This document shows, in pieces, positions 1 to 14,905 of a stretch of DNA of 64,000 bases (position 1 is its first letter; every line of letters starts with the position of its first letter). Made by a program: the position numbers and the translations under genes. Origin of the DNA: the human T2T-CHM13v2.0 reference genome, Homo sapiens; NCBI RefSeq assembly GCF_009914755.1, contig NC_060940.1; one strand, 5' to 3'. The notes beneath the pieces are model-generated. The model searched no databases. It was given only the letters and a program-made list of their open reading frames with translations, and was not told where the DNA came from.

Positions 1-1734
1 TAGATAATGTATCCTAAAGTCAAGTATTTGCTTTCATGTTGCTTTAGTAGAAGGGGCCCATGTTAATCGATGGCCCAAATTGTCTTTCTCAAGAAATGTG
101 TATTGCAGAATTTGGATTTGAGTTACAAAAACTAGCCAGAAAGCGTGAACTTTTTTTTTTTTAAGCCATAAAGCTTGGTAAGGCTAGCCAATCATTTCAA
201 AGCCTGTGTAGAATATCTAGACTATATGTAATCCTAGGATTTGTTGTTGTTTTGTTATGATTTTTTTTAAGCAGGAAGCTAAAAAAAAAACCACCCGTTA
301 CTTTGCTGCTTTTAGAAAATAGGTTTGAGATTGATTTTGAATACTAAAGTATAGTTTTCATGTTATAAAGCCAACCATGTTAAAAATGTATAATAAAGTA
401 TCTAATTTAGCAAAATTCAAATTTCCCCTATGAAATATCAAGCTCTTTTTATGCTTCTTCACATGCCACCTTGTGTAGAATTTGAACCACTTTAAACATT
501 GCATCCTTGAGTTGCATATGATGGGATCTCTTGAATCATTTACATTTTGAAAAAAGAAAGTGAAATATTCTTTAAGAAGCCAAAGTAATCCACGAGAATG
601 TATGGTGTTTGTTCAGCTGGATATCTTATTTATTTGAAGTACTGAGAGAGAAATCTTTTCTGACTGCTCAAAACAGGGAATAATAAACAGTCAGAGTGTC
701 CAAGTAATCTGAGCTAGAAAGTTCCTTCTTTCAGAGAAAAGTTATAAAAAGTATATTTGCCGGATCCAAAAAAAATACTGTGTATCAACTACTGAGACCT
801 GCATAATGTTTTCTTAGTATTCTCACTCTTTAAAAGAAAAAAGAAAACCTGTAAAATTTGGGAACTTAAACTTTTTTTGATATTTTAATATTTCTAGGCA
901 GGTGAGTGCAATAAGTCTGTTTTTTGATCTTAGAACATAACATTTCTTGTTGGCTATTGTGTGTGCTATGTGTATGATTTGTCTCTTTGTTAATTCTCTA
1001 TAACTATAAAAGAGCAAGTAATGAAATTACCATGGCTGAATTCTGAATATTAACCCAGAGCAGATTTCCTCTAAGAAAGATCATAAGAAGATGCTTAAAA
1101 GAAAACATTATATTTCAAAAGAATTAGGTTCTGAAATATACCCAATAATGAAAACAATACAATTTTCTTCTGCTTTTTGTCCTTCCTGTTCCAAGCACTG
1201 GGAAGGAGCTGGCATATTTCTTATGTATGAAAAGTAGAATAATATATTGGATTCCTTTATCCCTAACCCGGAAGAGTCTTTCTTGGACTGTGGTTTGCTT
1301 TCCCGTTATACTTAAGCTTGTTTATTGCATCTTCCGATGTCACATTATCTCATTGCCAAGCTAAAGGCTCTGTTGGGTTCTTAGTTGAACCCAGAGTGGA
1401 GGCCGATTTCATCCAAAGCCATTTTTTTTAAAATTAGAAATTAAACTCACCTTTGGCAAGTCCTCCTGACCAGGGATGGGTCCTCATGTTAGTCTGTAAT
1501 GTGAAGATATAAAATGTATTTGATACAATAGGAGATTCACTGTGATTTTTCACTGAATGAGTATACATTCTGCAGAACTAGAAGATAAAGATAATAAAAC
1601 AATTCACATTTCTTAGGACTAATTTATTTTCCACAGTCCACTACCAACATGGTGGGATGGGGAGGAGCTGAGAAGAGCATATTTAGCTGAGTTTGGTTGC
1701 AGAAGGATGCAATGTGAGGTAGCAGAAGGGGCCG

Positions 1735-1950
1735 TAAGAACACAGGATTTTGAAGTTGAAGAAACCAGCCTGGAATGAATCCCAGCCCTTCCTTTTAGTG
1801 ACCTGCTGGCCAGCCACATTACCTCCTTGGGCTTTGGATTTTCTTTTTCACTGTAAAATGGGGAAAGTAGCTCCCACATCTTTGGGCTGTTGGTGGGAGG
1901 TGTGTAGGACACAGCTGAAACCTTTGGTGTATAGTGGATACTAAAGCAAT
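1735..1950 (+). mobile_element. MIR SINE remnant
   Basis: MIR core-like 'aatcccagccct...gtgacct...ctgtaaaatgggg'. Confidence 0.65.
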
Positions 1951-2710
1951 GCTAGTCTTCTTCGTGTGCTACCAGTTAGAATGAATTTTACTGACATCTT
2001 ACTGGTTTCTGAGGGTATACAGACACTTATTGTCAAAGATATTATTGATTATCTGATCTCCAAACACATGGAGTTACATCACAGCAGGTGAGAAATACCC
2101 TTCAACTCTTGATTCTAAGGAAAATCCTTGGGGAGCCGCCATCATTCCTTCCATGAAGGAATGAAATTATAACGTAATGTATTGTTGGAGCCCTTAGTTC
2201 AACACTGTCTTTTTTCAGGCCATATGAATGCAATGGTTAGCATATCAACTTCCTTCCATTTTTAGTGACTCTAATACATTATATTCACCTTGTTCTCTGC
2301 ATGATCTTTCTTTAAGTCATGTTAGATCCCTTTTTTGGAAGCAGGTCAAATTTGAATTAATAAAATGATTTATGTTGAAGTACAGGCATATCCCACAGAA
2401 TCTCTTAATACCAGGCCAAAAGTAACTTTATCTTGATCTGTAGTTCGGACATATTTCTTGGATTGTCCGCACTCAAAAAAAGAGATTGCGTAACACCCTT
2501 TGAACAAATGGATATTTGAGAACCATCCTGTCTTCAGATTTAGATTTGTTCAATTTTTTTTTACTGTCATATGATTCACATGCTAGTTACTGATTGCTAT
2601 CATGCAGTCTGCCAGCAGACCAGATGGCAGATCTTCTAATTAGATATGTTTGTGTGTGTATGCATGTGTGTGTACATGTAATCACAGTTCATCAAGGACC
2701 TAATAAATAC

Positions 2711-3035
2711 TTTTTTCTCTCTCTCTCTTTTTTTTTTTTTTTTTTTTTTTTTTGAGACGGAGTCTCATTCTGTTGCCCAGGCTGGAGTGCAATGGTGGAT
2801 GTTGGCTCATTGCAACCTCTGACTCCCAGGTTCAAGGGACTCTCTTGCCTCAGCCTCCCGAGTAGCTGGGACTGTAGGCATGCACTACCACACCTGGCTA
2901 ATTATTATGTTTTTAATAGAGACTAGGTTTTACCATGTTGGCCAGGCTGGTATCGAATTCCTGACCTCCATGTGATCGGCCTGCCTTGGCCTCCCGAAGT
3001 GCTGGGATTACAGGCATGAACCACTGTGCCTAGCC
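2711..3035 (-). mobile_element. AluS, full length
   Basis: Poly-T/CT tail followed by Alu reverse complement; TSD taataaatac at 2701-2710 and 3037-3046. Confidence 0.95.
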
Positions 3036-3121
3036 TTAATAAATACGTATTTATGTCTTTCGATCTTTTTCTGTTTTTCTACATTCCGTTTCCCCTATGG
3101 CTGCTATTGTTTTCCAGTGAG

Positions 3122-3131
<10 letters not shown>

Positions 3132-3162
<31 letters not shown>

Positions 3163-3378
3163 CATATTTTTGAGAGGGAATCTTACTCTGTTGCCCAGGC
3201 TAAAGTACCATGGCAAGATTATGGCTCACTGCAGCCTCATGAGCCTCAACCTTCTTGGCCTAAGTGATCCTCCTCTCTCAGCCTCCCGAGTAGCTGGGAT
3301 TACAGGCACCTGCCTTCATGCCTGGCTAATTTTTTTGTATTTTTGTGAAGACGGGTTTCATCATGTTGGCCAGGCTGC
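3132..3378 (-). mobile_element. 5'-truncated Alu with (TA)n tail
   Basis: Right arm plus part of the left arm; TSD agctatttatat at 3120-3131 and 3379-3390. Confidence 0.9.
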
Positions 3379-3383
3379 AGCTA

Positions 3384-3745
<362 letters not shown>

Positions 3746-4761
3746 TTATAAAGACAACATGAGCTAGCGATAGAAATGCGAATGGACGCTTGTAGACAGT
3801 AAGGACTCAATACGTGGGTTTGTTCAAGTTATATCGTGCAGACAGGCATATGCAGTTAGAAAATCTGTCTAGGGTAGGGAGAGATAAAACCAGCCACTTC
3901 AGCCCTGCTATTTTTATCCTGAAGATTTTTTTTTTACTCTGTTTATGAATAAAACATTTTAATCAGTGCTGTATCAACACTGATCAATTTTTTTCATGGA
4001 AGTGTAATACAGGGTGAATTCCATTAAGTCAATTAAATACTTAGATCCAGTTTTTAAACAGTGCGAAGATAGTTAAGCTCTTCTTTTATTGAAACCCTTT
4101 TTACCAAAACCATTTTTTTTATTTTATAGTGAAGATTTCACGTATCTGTTTTCTGTACATGCCAAGTTTTACAGCTTTTTGTATCATGAGTTTTCTTTTG
4201 CATCAATTATTTCCACCAAGTCTAACTTGTAGATTGGGCAGATCTGGATTTCACCACATCTGGTTTTTGTTGTCATTGAGTTTTTGTGATGGGGTGATTT
4301 CAGTGGGAAATATATGCCATTAATTTGATGAAAAATCAATATTTATTTATTAACTAATACCCAAGAAATTCCCCAGCAAGCCTCTTCCAGTATTCTAGAG
4401 TTTCTCGTTTCTTGAGGATTGGTCTCCGGGCATACTCCTAATCTAATTGTTTCCCAAACTTTCAATGTTTTGGATGACTTTGGAAGCCTTGATTTCTGTA
4501 GGCTGTAGCAGGACAAATTCTGATGGACAGATCAAGATGTTCTATGTTTCTCTAAAACAGCATCTCTCAAACTTTTTTGGACCACTATCTAAGTTTTTTC
4601 TGTTACAACCCAATACATTTATACTTATGTATATTCGTGTTTGTGTGTGTGTGTGTATTATATGCATGTGTGTGTATTTGTCGGAAATAAAAGTTTTACA
4701 AAATGTTACTTTTATCTGAGCAGTGTCCTGCTGTTTTTTTTTCCCCTAGGTTGTGTTTTTG

Positions 4762-5064
4762 TTTGTTTGTTTGTTTCTTTGTTTGTTTTTGAGACAGAAT
4801 TTCACTTTTGTTGCCCAGGCTGGAGTGCAATGGCACGATCTCTGCTGACCCCAAGCTCCGCTTCCCAGGATCAAGCGATTCTCCTGCCTCAGCCTCCTGA
4901 GTAGCTGGGATTACAGGCATGCGCCACCATACCTGGGGAATTTTTTTTTTGTATTTTTAGCAAGGTTGTTGATCAGGCTGGTCTCGAACTCTCAACGTCA
5001 GGTGATCCATCCTCCTCAGCCTCCCAAAGTGCTGGGATTGCAGGCTTGAGCCACCGTGCCCACC
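4762..5064 (-). mobile_element. AluS (Sp/Sq-like) with (GTTT)n tail
   Basis: Alu reverse complement with a small deletion in the left arm. Confidence 0.93.
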
Positions 5065-5221
5065 TGTGTTTTTTGTTTTGTTTTTGTGTGTGTGCCAATG
5101 ATGACCCAGTTTCAATACCAACTGTTGCTTTCACCACCCACTATTGGTTTCCCCACCCCGCTAGATCACAGTCTGTTCTTTGGCAGTCACTGCCCCAATA
5201 CTGTTTGATATGCTCCCCTCT

Positions 5222-5530
5222 GATAAATGTTCATTGAGTGCCCCACATGTCAGGTACTGACTTAAGGCATAGCAAATGCAAAAATGATCAAGGTGTTCTC
5301 TTGGCTCTATGGGTGCCTACCTTAGAAGGATGGAGATGGGAAGAATGTGAAAGGGAGGTGAGATGAGCAGCACTGGGATGTGTGGCTTTTCTGTCTTGAG
5401 GATAGATACAAGAGGAGTCAGATAAAGTTGCAGAACAGAGATGACGTCTTTACTGAGACTTGAATGATGTGTCGGACGCAAACATGTTGACACAAATGAG
5501 AGAATTTTAGGTTCTCTTTGTAGCTGTGGC
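5222..5530 (-). mobile_element. L2 LINE remnant
   Basis: 'aaatgttcattgagtgcccc...tgtcaggtactg' resembles the L2 3' end in reverse. Confidence 0.5.
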
Positions 5531-5626
5531 TGGGCTGGGACAAGGACGATGGACAAAGTTATGGGGGTGCTAAAACCTCAGTAATGAAGATAAATGATAT
5601 TCTAATCTAATATTTTAAAAAATCGA

Positions 5627-5967
<341 letters not shown>

Positions 5968-7843
5968 TTAAATCAAGACAAATTCAATATTATAGCAAAG
6001 GTTCAAGTAATGAACATGAATTTGTAATGATGCCTCGGGGAGGTGAAGGTTAAAAAAAGAAAAAAAGGCCACCAAGGACCTCATGTTAAAGTTGATGATG
6101 ACGGAAGTGAGCAGTGATGATGAGATTTAAAAAACTAACTTTTATTTTTACATTATTTTAACTAGTATTTGTGTTAACATTATTTTAATCTCCTGTGCAC
6201 TTAAGGGAGCTGGCATAGGCCGGCAGTGGCTATAGGCCAGGACCTGTGCTATGTAGCTTATCTATTTCTCATGCTGATTCTACTTTTGTTACTACCGAAG
6301 GAGCTTAGAGGGAATCAGTGACGTGGACAAGGCTATGTAACTAAAGGGGGTGGAGGAGGATTCAAGCCCCTTGCAACGGACTGAAGTGCCCAAGCTCTAA
6401 ATCCCTGCCACCCACAGCCTCTGTTGGCCCCAGGTTGTGTCTGAGATTCAGAGGTTGTTTTTATAGCAGCAACACAGTAAGTTGGGAAGAGGGACACATT
6501 TTTAACATAGACACCAAAAGAGAGGCTGGAAGAGTTGACCACTTAGAAATGTCACGAGTGTCTGTGAATAGTGTTGGGGGCTGAGAGGCAAGAGAAGAAA
6601 ATAGTCCTAATGTTGTACAAGTAGCAATGGAAACAAACTTGTTAAAAAAAATTTAATTTTGTTTATGCATGTGTGCATAAACAAAGCAATAGAAAATATT
6701 TGATATTTAAGATTGAGCACTTAACAAAATACTTTGTCTCTTTTTGGTTTGCTGTCTTAAGCAATAGCCTTAAATTCTTGTCCCAGGGATACCTGATACA
6801 GCTAATATAGAACAATATTTTAACATAATTTGAAGTATTTTTTTCTTCTGATGGGTATGTAGTTCATTTTTATAAAAAAATTTAAAAATTCTGAATCTGT
6901 GGTGTTTCTGAAACATCCTGATATATTTTTTGTTGATGACTCTTAACAAAGGATGTAAGACAGATTCTAAGAAGAGAAAAGGTAGAATATCCACATGTCT
7001 CAGTTTCATAATATGTGTAAAAATTATCATGCCCATTCATTATTTAAAGTGCTGTGGCTTTTTAGTGAATACCAACATTAACAAACCATGTTAACATGAT
7101 TTAAAATATGTAATGAAATTTGCAATGCATCAGATGATGGAACTATCAAATTAGTTCACGTGGCGTTGGCTGATCACCCTTATGAAGAGTTACTTGCATT
7201 GTTTGAAGAGGGAAGATGCACATCCCCTTGTGGGCTGGCAGCATTTTTGCTAACACTGCCTTAAATGATGCTACTGGCAGGATGGTTAATTTGATGTTGA
7301 AATGTCACACAATATGTGCCCACCCTACGATTTGAATCTTCTGTGCCGTTAAGGGAATTGGCAGTGTTCAGACAGAATGGTAACATTCTCTCTGATCGTG
7401 TCTGTGTCTGCACGCTTTTTTGTTTTGTTTCTGTTGTCTTCATTAATAGACCTTTCAGGAACCTTCCTGGGATCTCAGATAACAGTTCTTCTGGAACAGG
7501 ATTATCCAGAGGTAGCAAAAGCTCTCCTGCAAATATTCCATTGCACGACTTTAAATAAAGCAGCAAGAAGTCTTTTCATTCAGTTCAGATTTGCTACTTG
7601 TTCTCTTGGTTCCTTCAAAGTAATGACTAAGTACAGGTCTTTAGATAGAGAGCTGCACCAACCAGGTATTGCTTCATGTCTTCCACGTACGTCCTGAGAA
7701 AGCGAAGGTGAATTTCACCAATTGGTAGGTGGAAATAGAAAAACTGTTGATTCTTTTTTTCATTCACCAATCTTTTTTTTCCCCAAATGCTAAGCTTTAT
7801 TTGGGGAAATCTTAACAGCCGTTTTTATAAGACTCTGCATTTA

Positions 7844-8337
<494 letters not shown>

Positions 8338-8527
8338 CTTTACCTGGGCTTAGTAAGTTGCCTGACTTCTCATCCTGGAGTTCGTATCCCCTTGTTTCTA
8401 GAAGAGAAATCCCTCAGATGTGAAGGTGTGTTCCATGATTTTGCCGAACTTGCCCTACATACTGTTTTATTATATATTCTGCCCACTTCTATTCCCTGCC
8501 AATTAATTAATTGTTTCATTGGTATAG

Positions 8528-8844
<317 letters not shown>

Positions 8845-10056
8845 TAAACATTTATTTATTTTCTTATATTTACAGCATATGTGGTCATTTAAAATTATTT
8901 TATAGCATATAAAACTAAAAAGAATATAAATTAATTTTTTAGCATTAATATTAGGGAAGATAATCTGACATTTAAAAATACATGTCTATATGTGTATACA
9001 TACATAGAAGTATATATATAAATACAAGTACTAGTGTCTGCTAATAGGTGGCGCCACTTTTTATCTGTGTGTGTTGGGGGTGGAATGAGCATGTAGAGGT
9101 TGGCAAAGGGGACAGGAGACTGTGGGATGATTAGTATATTCTTATTTGGCCTGGGAGGGAAAAAAAGTCTTTCATTTCCAACAATATTCTTTCTCTGTGT
9201 CACCTCAGCATTTAATTTACTTCCGTCACAAAACTACTTGAAGTTGTCCCAGGCTAGTTGGTCCTATTAATTACAACCTAGAGGGATTCTATTAATAAAC
9301 TAATGGATTACAGTACCTAAATGGAAGCCAGCAGATGACTTTGGAAGGACTGATCCGCAAGGGCCTTCTGTGTGAAGATTAAATGAAGCTTCCTTTAGCC
9401 TTCTCAGGTGGCCACAGTTTCCCATAACCTTAGAGATTATCTAGGCCAAGGCTATTAATTTAGAGATTAAGAAGCCAAACCCAGAAAGGTTGAAAGACTG
9501 TCGTAAGTTCACACTGAAAGAGAGTGGTGTAATGCCCTTTTCACCAGGCTCCAAGAAATTTGCCTATTTTATGTTTTAACGGACATGGTATCCCCAGCAT
9601 TTTTAATAAATGCCCTTTTCTTGCATAAGTAACTGGATATTTCCGAGTGGCCTACAAGTGGAGCGTGATTTCATCTTTCATCAAGAGAAGCAGCTTTTCC
9701 TCCTCTTGTATCCGTTTTCTTCCTTTTCTAACTATCAAGGTCATGCGGTATGTGCCATTTTGCATATTCTTGCTTTGCTTCATGTTTTCCTTAAACTCTG
9801 TGCACATGAATATTTGTGGTATATGGCTTAATTGTAAGCGATCAGGCATCAATGGCTTTTTATGAGGCAAAATCTACTTTCTACATTTGCGTGTGCCATT
9901 ATTATAGATTGCTGATGTTTGCCAATGGATATTCTTGGAAGTCGTCTTCTGGTTTAAATGCAGTTAAGTATTTAAAAATAATACCAGTGACATGTTTGCA
10001 TTTACATTCAGCCTGAAGGCCTACTTGATGCTGCAACTGAAAAATTGTTAGACTAG

Positions 10057-10368
<312 letters not shown>

Positions 10369-10374
10369 TCCACT

Positions 10375-10669
10375 ATGCCTTCCCCTCCCCTTCCCTCCCT
10401 TCCCCACCCTAAAGAGTCTCGCTCTTTTCCCCAGGCTGGAGTGCAGTGGCAGTATCTGGGCTGACTGCAACCTGTGCCTCCCGGATTCAAGAGATTCTTG
10501 TGCCTCAGCCTTCCAAGTAGCTGGTTTTGCAGGCATGCACCACCACACCCAGCTAGTTTTTCTATTTTTAGTAGAGACGGAGTTTCACCATGTTGGCCAG
10601 GTTGTTCTCAGACTACTGACCTCTCCTCGGCCTTGCAAAGTGCTGGGATTATAGGTACCCCGCCTGGCT
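10375..10669 (-). mobile_element. AluS with a C/T-rich degenerate tail, in tandem with the previous Alu
   Basis: Alu body at 10411-10669 with small internal deletions. Confidence 0.9.
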
Positions 10670-13600
10670 GATACTTTCCTTAGTTGTTTTCAGTGTAATA
10701 ACCTGTCTTCAGTCTACTCTATGTCCTTTTCTCTCCTTTCCTCCCTGAATACTCAAGCTTCCAGTGCACAGATTTCTCCAACCCTGAATGTGACTGATAC
10801 CAACACCATACTAGCTCTTCCACAGATGCCTGTTTGTTTTGCAGAACACTGGCCTGAATGACTCAGACTTGGAGCTTGAAAGAGGGAGAACTGATGTGGC
10901 CTGTGGCAGACGTGTCCAATGACCTGCTGTGTCCTTGCTTTTGAAGAACTAAAGAGTAGACTTGACCACTTTTTAAACATGACATTCGATCCACGTGGCA
11001 TAGCAAGGATGGGATCCACAAGATGGAGTGATCTTTACGCCATCCTCCTGACCATAAATACTAAACGAATACTCTATTTCAGTTGAGTTTTTAGTTTGCT
11101 CTGTTACGTGAGGACACATCACTTGCACCTCAGTGTGAGTTTGAAAGTGTTTTCTCTGGAGAATAATTCTGAAGAAATAGGCCCTCCAGATATCAGTAGT
11201 GACAGGGGTATCAGTAATGTTGATTACTAAGTTCTTGCCACCAGGTAGAAGCCATGCTACTGCACAAGTTTCATACTTGAAGAGTGGACATCTGACACAG
11301 TGTTGGTGGTTGTTGAAGTGTATGACTATTACTGTGTTGCTTTGGAAGCTTGATGCCATAACAAAAGTGCAGAATTCCATGTTTGATAACTTTCTGACTT
11401 GATGAAAATGAATTGTGGATACAGATTTCACTATCCATGAATTGTGGCCTTAACTTTCTCATGTACTTACTTTAAATCAGAGAGCCCACCTGTCCAATTC
11501 TAGCTTCTCCTGGGCATTCTGTATTTGACACAGCCCCTCCCAGCATTCTGAGTCACCGTCTGCTGCTCTTGCACTGTCCGTTTTCCAAATGAGGAACTCA
11601 TCGGTAAGGCCAGAAAGGAAAGGGAGAAAAAACAAACAAACAAACAAACAAAAAATAGGAAAAAAAGAAAGAGCGTATTTATAGATGGTAGAGAATTCTG
11701 GGCATGAGAAACCCAGCCAAACAAGTAGAATGTGTGCATAGGTGGGACTGCTGATCTTGTTTTATGAAAGAAATAAAGGCAAGTCAAACAGATCCTTTCG
11801 CAAGGATCCCCATGTGTGTATGTCTAACCCAGTGACAGGTAAGGCAGCCAGGAGCTGCTGTTATTTCAGTGCAAAGCTGTTTTCACAATCACAGACATGC
11901 ACAGCTCAGAAACCCTCACAGGTCACGCCTGAATACCTTCAATGTGCCCCATGTAAAAATACACTGCAAGTCGATTGGACATGCCCTATGAATTATACCT
12001 TATTTATGATCGTCGAGCCCTCCCTTTTCCCGTCATGCTTTAGAATTATGGGCTGGAGCAGTTTTTAATACTCTATTTATTTTAGGGGAGGAAAATGTTT
12101 TTCTTTAACCACAACATTCATGCAATACCAACTGCTGGCAGTTTCCCCAGCATTTAAGGAAATATTGTTGTAAGACTTTTATGTTCTGTACTTCAATCAG
12201 CTAGAGCCAGCAGTATCCCAATGGAAGGACCCTCAACAGACCATTTTCAGCATTTTGCTACAATTAAACTCCTCTGGTTTTAGCCCTCAGGCAATTTAGT
12301 ACCTTTTTACATATGCACATTATGAACTTTTGACCAGGGTCTAGCAGTCATATATTAGAATGCTGCTCTTGAAGGCAGGCTTAACAAGTTCCTCTGAGTA
12401 TTACAGTTGGAGTCAGTTGTGGAAAAGGTAATTTAAGCAACTTGCAGCGAGGCCATTCAGAATCTCAGCGATGATCCTAAATATCTTTCTCTCTTGCTCA
12501 CGCTCTTTTTTTTTTTTCTTGTTTCCTCTGGAAGCTGGTAGCAGGAGCTTTCAAAGTCTGTGATTGATCTTTTATTCAGTAGCTAACGAGGGCTGTGATT
12601 CTATTAGCGCACTACAAGGCAAGAGAACAGTGATTTAATGAAGTGTCTAGTGAGCCGGCCATAGATTTATCCTGTTGTCGCTAATTTGCAGCGCACTTGC
12701 CAGCATAAAGGAAACTGCACTCACACTGCTATTAAGCAGGTATTTCCTTAGTAAATTGTTGTAAGGTCAGGTACAGTTATCTGAGCAAAAGCAATGCCTT
12801 ACCTCTTCAGTGTCTGCAAATGACAGCCGCCGTGCTGAGCGCTCACTGAAGTGGAACCGGGAGATCAGAGGTCCGTCTCCAAGTCGCCCTTAGCGGAGGC
12901 AGGAGCAGATGAACTGCCAAGTAGGAGTAATAGAGTCATAATTGGTGATTAGAACTGGAAAGGTGCAATAACATCTTAATACAAACTGGCGTATGTTATA
13001 GTTACTGTCAGTTGTTGTAAACTCGTCCTGCCGCCTGGACTAGTTACGCTTCCCTTGATTAGCTCTGAGAAACGAGGCAGCGGGCACTGGGGCAGCCACA
13101 TAGACAACATCCAAATTTTTGTTGCTTTCCTGGGTCTTGCCCTGTCCTTACTGTTTCCCTTGGGCACGCTGTTCACCCCTTAGGACATACTACAGTAACC
13201 TTTTCCCACCACCGTGGGAGGACTGTGATTTTGTAAATGTCTTCTGATCTCTCCTCTTTGCAGGCGCAGTGACATTTATGCACACTGGCTTTGAGGCTCA
13301 TTGATCTTTTGTTTTATTTGCCTTTGCTGAGGCAGGGGCAGGTCTTTGTTTCATGTCAGATCCGTATCCCACTGCAATTCTGTGTTACTGTAGGAGATTT
13401 GGGGTTGGCATGCCAGAGTGAAAACGCGAAAGAAAATAAACAGGCAGCACTGAGGAATTATACACTTGAGCTTGGCATTTTTCTTAACGCAGGGCTATTT
13501 TAGGTGCACTGCGCATGTTGGAGGTGCCCTTGCAGGTATAGGTAGGCATTGTCCATCCATGGTAAAAAGCAATAGAAGAAATTCTTACCCGATGCTTAAT

Positions 13601-14472
13601 GAATTGCCAGGCTGGTTAAAAAGGATAACCCTTGAAACCTAGGGTGTCCAACTGCTAATTTATATAGACTGGAGATATTTCCATGCCTCGCAGCAAAATT
13701 TTTCTTTAAATTCACAGAAGCAGCAGCTATCCAGCATTGTCCAGTTGTGCTGAGTAGCTGTCATTATTGATAAACATGTAACTGGTCATTTGTATTGTTT
13801 TGAGTAGGATATGGCTTATCAGGATGCATAGTAGAGAAAAATGAGATGAGGTAATGAGATCACATACACTGAAGCATCTTACGAATCTGGCACATAGTAG
13901 GTTCTCAATAAATCTTTTTTGATTCTGTGACTGTTAGAATCTGTTGGCTGATACTCTGTCATCTGGCTCTCACTCTGCTCCATAAAACTTGGGTAATTCT
14001 AATGCTTACTTCATCCCAGGGCTGATGTGTGTTAGGTTAGGGTTTATGATCAAGTAAAGAGTTTAAAGAAGTGTTTTATGAGGGAGTTCTGTTTGCAAAT
14101 GATCACCTGGTAATTTAAGAGGGTGAGCTAAACTTCCTCATTTTCTAGTATGGACCTTTGGGGCTCAGGATGAGGATGTTCACTTTGTACTGCTGGTGGA
14201 GCTGCCTTTCCATTAAGTGAGTCTTTCTCCAAGGGAACAGAAGTCTTAGGTTGTTGATCTGGCTGTCAGAACCTAGGACAGGCAAGGCAGTGGGCTGTTG
14301 TAGAGTAGATGAAGCTGATCAGAGCACACCCACACCAGTGACAACCGGTCAGGACCTGGGAAGGGCTCTGACCCATTCATCTGAGAGATGTGGCATGAGG
14401 AACACTGAGACCTAATGCTTATTGCTTAATATTGTGGACAAGGGACTCTGTGGGTTGTCTAGTACTAAGCAG

Positions 14473-14660
14473 AATGGAAGGGAAGGATGGAAGGAAGAGA
14501 GGGAGAGACGGAGGGAGATGGAGGATGACAGGGAGATGGAGGGAGGCAAAAAGAAAAAGGGAGAAGGAAAGAGAGGAGAGAGGGGAAGGGAGGAAGGAAA
14601 GAAGAGAGAGAAGGAGGAAGAGAGGGAAGGAGGCACAGAGGTAGAGAGGCAGGGAGATAA
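14473..14660. repeat. GA-rich low-complexity polypurine tract
   Basis: About 185 bp of almost only G and A. Confidence 0.9.
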
Positions 14661-14749
14661 TGGAGATCCTGGCCAAAAGTTAATGCTCCGTTTCTAGTAG
14701 TCCACAGAAAGCACCTTGACCAAGTGACTGAATACAAATCGTATCACAA

Positions 14750-14905
14750 ACTACTAGGATTTCTTGGGTGCTTACCATGTGCCATATTTCCTTGAATCTT
14801 CATGACGATCCTTCAAGGGATCCTTGTTTTCTAAAGGGTAAAGGTGCAGGTTAGAGGCTATGTCAGAAGCAAGTCAGGATTTGAAGGCAGATCTGTCTGC
14901 TTTTG
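14750..14905 (-). mobile_element. MIR remnant
   Basis: 'gtgcttaccatgtgcc...cagaagcaagtcaggatttgaaggcagatctgtctg'. Confidence 0.55.

Noticed and set aside
14412-14737. E/R/G/K-rich and S/L/P/F-rich ORFs
   Set aside because: Artefacts of the GA low-complexity tract.
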